A stretch of DNA of 64,000 bases from IMG/VR virus record IMGVR_UViG_3300037492_000170, positions 58,745-122,744 of that record; one strand, written 5' to 3'. The notes under the pieces were generated by a model. It had not been told where the DNA came from. It saw nothing but the letters and a program-made list of their open reading frames with translations, and did no database searches. Source of the stretch: a virus. Lineage: Duplodnaviria; Caudoviricetes. Positions 56,319-64,000 of this stretch are shown piece after piece. Position 1 is the first letter of the stretch. Each line of letters opens with the position of its first letter. A program made the translations under genes and the position numbers.

Positions 56319-57046
56319 TGCTTTCTGTCCAAGATTACCTAACCGGTTTATATAGAGCTGTGCTGCGCGCCGATGCAGCCGTGGCAAAGCTCTGCCTTGG
56401 GCATCTGTGGAAAACGCTGAAAAACACCGATTATATAAAATGGAAACTTCTCCTTCTTTGCTGCAGCTCATCTTATCACAATCTCGACGAAGCCTATGCA
56501 ATATTGAACAGCGACAAACTTACCGGGAAGACGGCACTGGAACTTGTTTACAATCTATGTGTATCGCCGAAATCCAGGGATGCTTTTGCGTTAGCATGGT
56601 TTGTAAAGAAGGGGGGTACAATTGTACCCTATGAAGTAGCGTATTTCAGAGAAAGTATGTTCGAGCCTCCCATTGTGGGAGGACTCCCATTTATTGGCAA
56701 AGACCCGGTGCTCAGTCACGATGTAATCCTTTATAAAGCTGCATTATATTTACTAATGAATAGAATACGAGGAGAAGCGCATTTTGTTGAGACTCCTGCG
56801 GTAGAGGCGGCTAAGATACTCCCATCATGGGCTACAGCGAAATTGGAGGATGTAGATATTGGTGATAATGCTGTTAATGAAGCATACTTTAATCTATTTA
56901 TAAGTGAGTATACTTACAATGTAGAGATAATAGAGCCTACAATACTACGATTAAAGACAACAGACAACTTACTTTGGACACAATACATGGCAACTATATG
57001 TAATAGAGCTAACATGAGTCTGGAGGAGCTATGCAAACTAACATGA
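56318..57046 (+). CDS. Hypothetical protein
   Basis: 242 aa, TAATG coupling. Confidence 0.65.
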   Translation: MLSVQDYLTGLYRAVLRADAAVAKLCLGHLWKTLKNTDYIKWKLLLLCCSSSYHNLDEAYAILNSDKLTGKTALELVYNLCVSPKSRDAFALAWFVKKGGTIVPYEVAYFRESMFEPPIVGGLPFIGKDPVLSHDVILYKAALYLLMNRIRGEAHFVETPAVEAAKILPSWATAKLEDVDIGDNAVNEAYFNLFISEYTYNVEIIEPTILRLKTTDNLLWTQYMATICNRANMSLEELCKLT

Positions 57047-57273
57047 TTAAGAGACAGAGATGGTTTGGAGTGAGAGAAGAGGCTAAGGGTGTCAAGCTAG
57101 CTGGAACTGTGGAAGACTGGCTTGAAGTGAATAAAGATGATTTGGTGTATTGTGAGTCCCTTGGCGCAACCATTCACAAACGACATTGCACAAAGCACGT
57201 ATCTAAGCATGATAACGAGTATAAAGAGCGCAGAGTCCTTACCTATTGTAAGAGTTGTCCAATATCCTCTTGA
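57031..57273 (+). CDS. Small Cys-containing protein (start may be ATG 57043)
   Basis: C...C...CKSC. Confidence 0.55.
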   Translation: MQTNMIKRQRWFGVREEAKGVKLAGTVEDWLEVNKDDLVYCESLGATIHKRHCTKHVSKHDNEYKERRVLTYCKSCPISS

Positions 57274-57319
57274 CAAATGGCTGATAATGTGATTAAAAGG
57301 CGACAGAGGTGATTAATTA

Positions 57320-58039
57320 ATGGAAATAGAAGAAGTTCTTGAAAATAAAGAACTCATGTCAAATATCACGACTGTTGCTAAGGAAAGCACTATAATTGGA
57401 CGGTGGCTTCATGAAATACCAGACCATCTTCTAGCGGAGATATATCTAGACATGAGAGAGGGTGCCACATTTATTGAAATAATAGATAAGGTCCAAAAAG
57501 ATTGGAGAATACTGTTTGACAGAAACTCCAGGTCTCTTATGGGTGACCTTGCAAACTTTAAGATGAAGGCACTTAATGATATCGCGCTTGTTGAAGCACA
57601 GTTAAAGAATGGTGAGCCTGGGGCACGCGAGATTAAAGATAAGCTTGAGAACCTGTCGGCAAGGATAGATGCTATGGGTAGATTAGGCTGGCTCGCAGAT
57701 GTGCAGACAGCAAGGGTAGAGAAGTTTATAGCTATGGAAGATGTTGAAGGGAAGCCACTTATAATCCTGAACGATACGATTAGGCAACTAAGCTCAATCC
57801 TGGAAAAATATATCAAACTTGAGAATGATGTAGGTACAAGCAGAATTACATTCTCTGCAACAGGACAACCGTTAAAAGCATTCGCATTCGAAGCACAAGA
57901 TGATACAGATAAAATAATCTCAGCCACACGTAGACTTCTGGCTTTAACTGAAGAACGTGGGTTAGCAAACATAAAAGACGAAGCGATTGATGTGCCTGTC
58001 ATTGAGGCTTCCTCACAGAAGGTAGTAGTCAATGCATAA
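57320..58039 (+). CDS. Putative terminase small subunit
   Basis: Helical 239-aa protein directly upstream of and overlapping the large terminase; inferred from position. Confidence 0.5.
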   Translation: MEIEEVLENKELMSNITTVAKESTIIGRWLHEIPDHLLAEIYLDMREGATFIEIIDKVQKDWRILFDRNSRSLMGDLANFKMKALNDIALVEAQLKNGEPGAREIKDKLENLSARIDAMGRLGWLADVQTARVEKFIAMEDVEGKPLIILNDTIRQLSSILEKYIKLENDVGTSRITFSATGQPLKAFAFEAQDDTDKIISATRRLLALTEERGLANIKDEAIDVPVIEASSQKVVVNA

Positions 58040-60026
58040 GTACATAGAAATAGGAGAAGCACTGGAGGCAGTGCAGCAAATAAGTAAAGATATAGGACTT
58101 ACCAAGCAATCGACCGGGTTCTTCGAAGACCTTGTTCTGTCATGTCACATGACAGAGAAAGATGGGCAATTACTGTTAGATAAACATCTGTTCAGTTTAT
58201 ACTGCGAAAACTATATGAAGACCATGTTATCTAAAGACATGGACCAAATGACAGCCACACGAGGATATAAGAAGCAGCCGGTAGATATCGAAGAGTTCTT
58301 AGAGTCTAAAGAATATATGAACCAAAGAGGTCATCTTAGACCAGTGATAAAATATGAACTGGATAGACTCTTTTCTAACAGAGATAAATATCTTGAGGTA
58401 ATTCTTTCGGGTGGAATAGGGATTGGGAAAAGCTTCTTCTCTGAAATGGCATTATCCTATTTGGTGTATCTAAACTCTTGCCTAACAAATATGCAAGCAG
58501 AATATGATTTAGCCCCAGGTTCTACCATCTACTTCATTCTACAGTCTGTATCTATGACATCGGCTAAACGAGTCCTCTTCGACCAGATGATGGGGCGCAT
58601 GTCACAAACACATTACTTTACAAGGGTGTTCCCCTTCGATAAAAAAGTTCGCTCTATGTTGAAATTCCCGAACGGATTGTATGTAACCCCGGTTAGTAGT
58701 ACTGAAATGTCAGCTATTGGGTTGAATGTGTTTGCAGGTGTGATTTCGGAAGCTAACTTCTTCCAAGTAATAGCAGATAGTAAGTTAAGTAAATCTGCTG
58801 ATGGAACATATGACCAAGCGGAACAGAATTATGGCACTATTATGCAGAGAATGCGTTCCAGGTTTGATAAAATGGGTAAAATGCCTGGAATGATGATATT
58901 AGACTCTTCCGCACGGTACCCAGGCGACTTCCTAGATAGAAAGATGGAAGAAGCGAAGACAGACCCTAGTATATTCGTCATGAAGTATGCACAATGGGAA
59001 GCATTACCTGCGGATAGGATGAGCACAGAGAAATTCCTTGTTGAAATCGGGAATCATGAACGAAGTTCTAGAATTCTACCGAAATATGAGATGGCATTCG
59101 AAGGGTCCGAAGTTATTGAAGTGCCGATGAACTACTTCCGTGACTTTCAACGAAATTGTGAAGCTGCACTCCGAGACTTTGCTGGTATTGTGCTCGGTGT
59201 TGAAGGCGCCTTCATGAAGAACAAGGAAGCAGTAGTTGATGCTGTTCGCGCGCACGCGGCTGTGTATGATAATAAGCAACTATTCACAATGGATGACATT
59301 ATCATAGATGCTGAGCTAGATTGGGGTTCTCCACACTGGGCGATGCTTATAAACCAGGACTATTTAAAGGAACCATCGTTCGACGCTGGCGCTACATTTG
59401 CGCTGCACGCTGATATTGGTATCACACACGATAGTACTGGTCTTGTAGTGGGGCATATCCAAGATTATGTGAATCTGCCATCAACCAGTAGATACAACGG
59501 CAAACTAGACACATTTGTAGAGTTAACCGATTTACTCGCACCAGTATTTTGTATAGATGGGATTATCCGTATTCGCCCACCACATGGCGGCGAAGTTCAC
59601 ATGGATCTGCTAAGAGGATTCATTTTCTACATCTGTCAGGTTCTTAATATAAAGTTTGGTACGTTTGATAGATTCTCTTCGGTGCAGTTTATACAAGGGT
59701 TGAGGCGATTAAAAGTAAGGAGTGGGTTAGTATCGACAGTAACAACGACACAACCATACAACGAACTTAAATCTGCCTATATTGAACACCGAATCATACA
59801 TCCCAGTCACAAAGTATATGTAGAGGAGCTACTTGGGTTGCAGTTCGAGCCTAAGAAGAACAGGATTGACCATTTACCCGGTGCTGGAAAAGACTGCGCT
59901 GATGCTATGGCTTCTGTTGTACACATACTTACAAACAAAGTGGCGAACTACAGCAGAAAGCACGAGGAAATCAAACAAGTAAAGCGGTACCAAAAGTTAG
60001 GGATTCGGAAATTGAGGTTCAGATAA
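58032..60026 (+). CDS. terL: Terminase large subunit
   Basis: LSGGIGIGKS Walker A, ISEANFF Walker B variant, LDSS, nuclease motifs HADIG, TFDRF, IDHL...KDCADA. Confidence 0.85.
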   Translation: MHKYIEIGEALEAVQQISKDIGLTKQSTGFFEDLVLSCHMTEKDGQLLLDKHLFSLYCENYMKTMLSKDMDQMTATRGYKKQPVDIEEFLESKEYMNQRGHLRPVIKYELDRLFSNRDKYLEVILSGGIGIGKSFFSEMALSYLVYLNSCLTNMQAEYDLAPGSTIYFILQSVSMTSAKRVLFDQMMGRMSQTHYFTRVFPFDKKVRSMLKFPNGLYVTPVSSTEMSAIGLNVFAGVISEANFFQVIADSKLSKSADGTYDQAEQNYGTIMQRMRSRFDKMGKMPGMMILDSSARYPGDFLDRKMEEAKTDPSIFVMKYAQWEALPADRMSTEKFLVEIGNHERSSRILPKYEMAFEGSEVIEVPMNYFRDFQRNCEAALRDFAGIVLGVEGAFMKNKEAVVDAVRAHAAVYDNKQLFTMDDIIIDAELDWGSPHWAMLINQDYLKEPSFDAGATFALHADIGITHDSTGLVVGHIQDYVNLPSTSRYNGKLDTFVELTDLLAPVFCIDGIIRIRPPHGGEVHMDLLRGFIFYICQVLNIKFGTFDRFSSVQFIQGLRRLKVRSGLVSTVTTTQPYNELKSAYIEHRIIHPSHKVYVEELLGLQFEPKKNRIDHLPGAGKDCADAMASVVHILTNKVANYSRKHEEIKQVKRYQKLGIRKLRFR

Positions 60027-60033
60027 AAAATTT

Positions 60034-60094
60034 GGAGTATCACATCCATTCAACCTTCTCCTCCCGAATGGGGACACCCGGATGATGATACTCC
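60034..60094 (+). terminator. Branched hairpin after terL (terminator or cis-regulator)
   Basis: GGAGTATCA/TGATACTCC outer stem, inner CATC/GATG and CATTC/GAATG, followed by CTTTTCTCTTTT. Confidence 0.5.
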
Positions 60095-60115
60095 CTTTTC
60101 TCTTTTGGAGGCATA

Positions 60116-60397
60116 ATGGCAATTGAAGTATCAATTTTGGATGAGAATGAAAATGAAACAATACTAAAGGAGGCACAAGTGACTGAAAACTTGCCGGTAG
60201 TAGTGAAAGGTAAATTCCCTAGTCTGCAAGAACAGCTTAAACAACAGCTTAATGCTGCTCACCAGAGATGTGTAGAGGCTGGCAGGGTAATTCAACGGGC
60301 TGCAGAAGAGCGCGCAGAGTTGTGGGAGAAAATGGCGGATGAGAGTAAGGCTGCTTTGAAAAGAAACGTGGATGATTTCAACAAATTTGAGGGCTAA
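60116..60397 (+). CDS. Hypothetical coiled-coil protein
   Basis: SD GGAGG. Confidence 0.65.
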   Translation: MAIEVSILDENENETILKEAQVTENLPVVVKGKFPSLQEQLKQQLNAAHQRCVEAGRVIQRAAEERAELWEKMADESKAALKRNVDDFNKFEG

Positions 60398-60610
60398 ATG
60401 ATTATCTTAAAAAAATGTGTATGCAATAGTGCCTTCCAAGACGAAGAATACGGCGAAAACATACGTGTTCACAACATGTGTAACCCGGCGGGTAACAAAT
60501 TTACCAAAGCTGGGTGTTCGGTATGTGGCAGAGTCAAAGACATTGCCGCAGTCTCAATGGCAGATGATACAAAACTTTCCAAGAAAGAGAAAAAGAAGGG
60601 TAAAAAATGA
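60398..60610 (+). CDS. Small Zn-finger-like protein
   Basis: CVC...QD..YG...RVHN...CSVCG. Confidence 0.6.
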   Translation: MIILKKCVCNSAFQDEEYGENIRVHNMCNPAGNKFTKAGCSVCGRVKDIAAVSMADDTKLSKKEKKKGKK

Positions 60611-60885
60611 TACCTACCCCAGTGGAACTACTAGGACCGAATTTTGATGCCGGTATAGTAGAAAAATACATAGACCAGATTGAAGCGCAGATGTGGAATA
60701 GAAGGGGTAGGGATATGAGCTTATATATAGTAGTCCCTTCCGAGGAGCATCATGTAATTAAGATAATACAGGAGTGTATAGAGTTAAAAGGGTGGACTGT
60801 AACTGCGACTGGTATAGGAACATCGAAAGATCCGCCAGGAACACATATCGAATATGTTGTGAGACCCTCACGACCTAATGTATAA
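60607..60885 (+). CDS. Hypothetical protein
   Basis: ATGA coupling. Confidence 0.55.
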   Translation: MIPTPVELLGPNFDAGIVEKYIDQIEAQMWNRRGRDMSLYIVVPSEEHHVIKIIQECIELKGWTVTATGIGTSKDPPGTHIEYVVRPSRPNV

Positions 60886-60894
60886 GGAAGTAAA

Positions 60895-61299
60895 ATGACC
60901 CATTTAGAACAACTTAGAGACGGAATACAACAACTAGTAGACAGTGATGGTCATTCTGATTGTTTTTTTAAAGAAAAACTCAACAGAATAGTAGAAATCG
61001 GTCCAAAAATCTGTGAAGATGAGGGAATGATAGCAGAAGTATGGGTACCCGCCGAGGTAAAAAAGAATATGCGGTTATCAGCAGACGCATTCAGGACTGA
61101 ACTAGATAAATTATCTATTCAGAAGATGTCATATGAGTTTGTTGACTATATGGTAGAGTGGAATGCCGGTAAGTTAGTGCTTGAAGACCTTGCATTTGAA
61201 TTAAAGGATGGCGAACCTGCCAAACATATTGGTGTAATTCATTTTCATTGGTTTCCATTATGTAAATATGACGAATGGGGGGGATATAATGAAATGTGA
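60895..61299 (+). CDS. Hypothetical protein
   Basis: 134 aa with SD. Confidence 0.6.
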   Translation: MTHLEQLRDGIQQLVDSDGHSDCFFKEKLNRIVEIGPKICEDEGMIAEVWVPAEVKKNMRLSADAFRTELDKLSIQKMSYEFVDYMVEWNAGKLVLEDLAFELKDGEPAKHIGVIHFHWFPLCKYDEWGGYNEM

Positions 61300-61540
61300 A
61301 ACATGTATGTTTGCAACTAAAGCTAATCAACCGCAATATTACATATACTGTGTCAGGTATCCAAGGGTAGAGCAGAAAGAGAGAGGTACGTGGTGTGGGG
61401 AATGGCAGAATAAAATGAGTTTTGAGGATGTGCCGCGTCCACCAGAAAGTGCGTCTGGGTGGGTGGGAAGAAAGGAGCACGTTGGCACTACACTCTCCGA
61501 GCGATTCTTCAAATGGTTTCAAAGAAGGGGAGAGAAATGA
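61289..61540 (+). CDS. Small Cys-rich protein (start at MKCETC)
   Basis: CETC...C.RYP...WCGEW motif. Confidence 0.55.
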   Translation: MKCETCMFATKANQPQYYIYCVRYPRVEQKERGTWCGEWQNKMSFEDVPRPPESASGWVGRKEHVGTTLSERFFKWFQRRGEK

Positions 61541-61701
61541 CATTTGAGCAAAAGTGGGAAGAGTTGGAGCTTCATATCCAGCGAGAGATTGATGAGTGTG
61601 AGCGTATAGTAGCTAGGGATGACGATGATTGTTTTTCATACGGAGCACTCTCTACTTACATTAGGCTCAGAAAAGAGATGGAGAAAATAAGCGAATGGTA
61701 A
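61537..61701 (+). CDS. Small hypothetical protein (start at MTFEQKW)
   Basis: ATGA coupling; loosely resembles the next ORF (E.KW.EL.L.I). Confidence 0.5.
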   Translation: MTFEQKWEELELHIQREIDECERIVARDDDDCFSYGALSTYIRLRKEMEKISEW

Positions 61702-61886
61702 CATCGGAAGATAAATGGTCTGAACTAGCGTTAGAAATAATACATCAAAAGTTTGAGCTTATGAACTCGATAACAGAAACAGAGATGGATAGAGACCTAG
61801 TAACCGTGAAACTAGGTGAGCTAAAAGCATTTACATTTTTACAAGTACTTATGGAAGAACTGGAGAAAGAATATGGAGAGGCTTAA
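61695..61886 (+). CDS. Small hypothetical protein
   Basis: 63 aa, overlapping neighbours. Confidence 0.5.
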   Translation: MVTSEDKWSELALEIIHQKFELMNSITETEMDRDLVTVKLGELKAFTFLQVLMEELEKEYGEA

Positions 61887-62253
61887 AGAGTTCAAATTCC
61901 GGTTTGACATGCCAGGATTCTCAACATCACTTGTGCAGCAATACAGTATCACATTTGATGATTCATGGCTCCGCTCGAATAGAGTGAGAAAGGCTGGGAC
62001 ACTAGCACTGACTTACCTCGTTGCTTGCACGGATGAATGCACTATCTTCCAAGATTGGCAGGATAAAGGTTATATAGCCAACATCTCACTGCTTGACCTA
62101 GATGCAGCCGGGACACCAATACGATGTATGACTTTCAGAGATTGTAAAGTGACAGAGATATACTACCCGTGGAGAAACGCAGAAGGTGATGGTGATTATT
62201 TCAATCGGGTGTATTTTAGATTCAAACGAATAGATACCAAATGTATGTTATAG
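61873..62253 (+). CDS. Truncated tail-tube-like (gp19 fold) paralog
   Basis: Colinear with 32904..33386: LKEFKFRF..G...LVQ / FQDW / N.SL..LD..G.P.R. Confidence 0.65.
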   Translation: MERLKEFKFRFDMPGFSTSLVQQYSITFDDSWLRSNRVRKAGTLALTYLVACTDECTIFQDWQDKGYIANISLLDLDAAGTPIRCMTFRDCKVTEIYYPWRNAEGDGDYFNRVYFRFKRIDTKCML

Positions 62254-62262
62254 GAGGCTAAG

Positions 62263-62463
62263 ATGTTAGTACGCGCAAGATACAAAGAAGGTTATAATCC
62301 AGGAATAGAAGTGGTTATGGATATGAGCATAGAAGAAGCGGAAGTGTTCCACTATATAATGGACTGTGAGGTAGAACGTAACCTTACCACAACGGCTGAT
62401 TTTGCACAAGAGATACTAGATGTTTTATTAGTAGCAGAGGAAGACATAAAAGAATGGAACTAA
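62263..62463 (+). CDS. Small acidic hypothetical protein
   Basis: SD AGGAGG. Confidence 0.6.
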   Translation: MLVRARYKEGYNPGIEVVMDMSIEEAEVFHYIMDCEVERNLTTTADFAQEILDVLLVAEEDIKEWN

Positions 62464-62822
62464 CACAATCTGATGAGTTCATTAAAGCTATTAACGGAGA
62501 GAAGGTATACACATACTACTTCGATGTGTTCTGGGATGTAAAAGAAAACACGATAATATTATCCCCTGCCAGGTCTGAGCATGAGTCTATGGCTGATTGT
62601 GGAGTGACCGGATACCGGAATGGAGACTCCTGGCATTTGCGAGTAAAAGAAACTAGCGCATCGGCAGCAATGAAGAAAGCAAAGCTGCGGCTTGCAGCAC
62701 ACATTGGCGCGTTGGCGCAACGAGTAATGGGTGCAGTGCCCGATGACCCATCCACACACATGGGAAGCGAGGGTACAAAGTTTCCAGGATATGAATGGGT
62801 GGATGAGGTATTCTCAGCATGA
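62454..62822 (+). CDS. Hypothetical protein
   Basis: 122 aa, coupled to the methyltransferase gene. Confidence 0.6.
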   Translation: MELTQSDEFIKAINGEKVYTYYFDVFWDVKENTIILSPARSEHESMADCGVTGYRNGDSWHLRVKETSASAAMKKAKLRLAAHIGALAQRVMGAVPDDPSTHMGSEGTKFPGYEWVDEVFSA

Positions 62823-63544
62823 GACTTTCTTTAATTCCATACTTTGGCGGGAAAGGAGCAATCTATAAATGGATACTGGCAAACTTCCCAGAACACGATT
62901 ATTTGGTTGATGCCTTCGGCGGGAGTGGTGTTATTATCTTGAATGATAATGTGCCAGGGTTGTATAACGAAATAGACCCAGACCTGTTCTGGATGATGAT
63001 AAACATCAAATGGGCATGTGCCCAGTTTGTAGATAGATTGCGGGAAGTAGAATATTGTGAAAGCACTTGCAAGTCCGCTAGCAGATATTTTAAATTGGCG
63101 GAAGGAAGTTTTGACAGGTCGGTAGCCTACTATACGTGGCAACGAATGCGATATGCTGGCGGAGAAGCTGCCGGTAGAGGATTCAAATGGACTGGTAGAC
63201 AGACATGGGAAAACATGCTGCTAAAGTTGCCGGTAATCGCCCAGCGGTTGCAGAATATAACCATATCCAACAAAAGTGCGCTAGACTTGTTACCGCTTAA
63301 TCCTGCGGTCCAGCGGGGTAAAAAACCGCTAATATACCTGGACCCACCATATCCTAGCGAGTTGAGAACAAGAGGGTTGTACAAATACGAGTTCGACGAG
63401 CATGAGAAGCTAATGAAGCTGGTAGAACCCTACGCATTTGTGTTGTCAAGCTATGATAGCACGCTTCCTTACCCACACGTTAAGAAACCGACCAGAAACC
63501 AGAACGGCAAAGCCAGAGAAGAATACCTCTACATCCACGCCTGA
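62819..63544 (+). CDS. DNA adenine methyltransferase (Dam/D12 class)
   Basis: PYFGGK, DAFGGSG (motif I), YLDPPY (motif IV). Confidence 0.85.
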   Translation: MRLSLIPYFGGKGAIYKWILANFPEHDYLVDAFGGSGVIILNDNVPGLYNEIDPDLFWMMINIKWACAQFVDRLREVEYCESTCKSASRYFKLAEGSFDRSVAYYTWQRMRYAGGEAAGRGFKWTGRQTWENMLLKLPVIAQRLQNITISNKSALDLLPLNPAVQRGKKPLIYLDPPYPSELRTRGLYKYEFDEHEKLMKLVEPYAFVLSSYDSTLPYPHVKKPTRNQNGKAREEYLYIHA

Positions 63545-63546
63545 AA

Positions 63547-63586
63547 TTTTTCCACCAATTTTTTCTTGAAACCCCTGGTGGAAAAA
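63547..63586. repeat. 11-bp inverted repeat after the methyltransferase gene
   Basis: TTTTTCCACCA ... TGGTGGAAAAA. Confidence 0.6.
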
Positions 63587-63725
63587 CTTGCCGAAAATCA
63601 CTAATCGCGAAAAGGTGCCAAACAAATTCTGAGGGTTAGCTACACCAGCCCGCGCTGCGTTAACGTTATGATTACGATACGTTATCACCCTCCCCATATC
63701 CTTTCTTATATACACGCGCGGGAGT

Positions 63726-64000
63726 GACCCAGGTCGACCCCGCGACCCTCGACCCAGGTCGACCCCGCGACCCTCGACCCAGGTCGACCCCGCGACCCTC
63801 GACCCAGGTCGACCCCGCGACCCCGCGACCCTCGACCCTCGACCCAGGTCGACCCCGCGACCCCGCGACCCTCGACCCAGGTCGACCCCGCGACCCTCGA
63901 CCCAGGTCGACCCCGCGACCCTCGACCCAGGTCGACCCCGCGACCCTCGACCCAGGTCGACCCCGCGACCCTCGACCCAGGTCGACCCCGCGACCCTCGA
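63726..64000. repeat. GC-rich tandem array, 25-bp unit GACCCAGGTC-GACCCCGC-GACCCTC, 10 full units, runs off the window
   Basis: Parsed as ABC x3, ABBCC, ABBC, ABC x5. Confidence 0.95.

Noticed and set aside
57409-58062. Long antisense ORFs (57409..58062 -, 41158..41694 +, 48627..49226 - and many shorter ones)
   Set aside because: Shadows of well-supported genes on the opposite strand, with no recognisable motifs
63608-63623. AAGGTGCC match between the terminal region and the 43037 origin-region motif
   Set aside because: Only about 8 bp, which is expected by chance in 64 kb
63726-64000. CRISPR array
   Set aside because: Repeats are directly adjacent with no unique spacers
1-64000. Alternative genetic code, tRNA genes, integrase or att sites
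   Set aside because: Genes tile densely under the standard code using all three stops; no tRNA or recombinase was recognised by eye, though a tRNAscan-SE run is needed to be sure

Overview
This window is most of a tailed dsDNA bacteriophage genome with a contractile (myovirus-type) tail, about 40% GC by eye and standard code, with sigma70-like promoters and Shine-Dalgarno sites. It has two divergent arms. The minus strand (about 1-42927) carries virion genes: XkdF-like protease, scaffold, major capsid, neck, sheath, tube, tail chaperone with a -1 frameshift, tape measure, baseplate, a 1971-aa coiled-coil fibre, glycosyl/methyltransferases, five Mtd_N-like fibre proteins and three HNH-like genes. 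The plus strand (43580-63544) carries replication and recombination genes (DnaB-like helicase, intein-containing primase, SSB, SF2 helicase, RecA-like recombinase, three nucleases, AAA+ ATPase), the large terminase, small ORFs and an adenine methyltransferase. The window ends in a GC-rich tandem array. I recognised no portal, DNA polymerase, integrase, lysis gene, tRNA or CRISPR array. Best leads: (1) a covarying three-way-junction plus pseudoknot RNA element in front of two HNH-like genes; (2) a loop-truncated tail-tube paralog among the early genes; (3) a Ser/Asn coiled-coil fibre with about 50 N-x-S/T motifs next to glycosyltransferases; (4) three paralogous small Cys/His proteins; (5) a modular G-tract tandem array. 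All family calls come from motif recognition by eye, not database searches.
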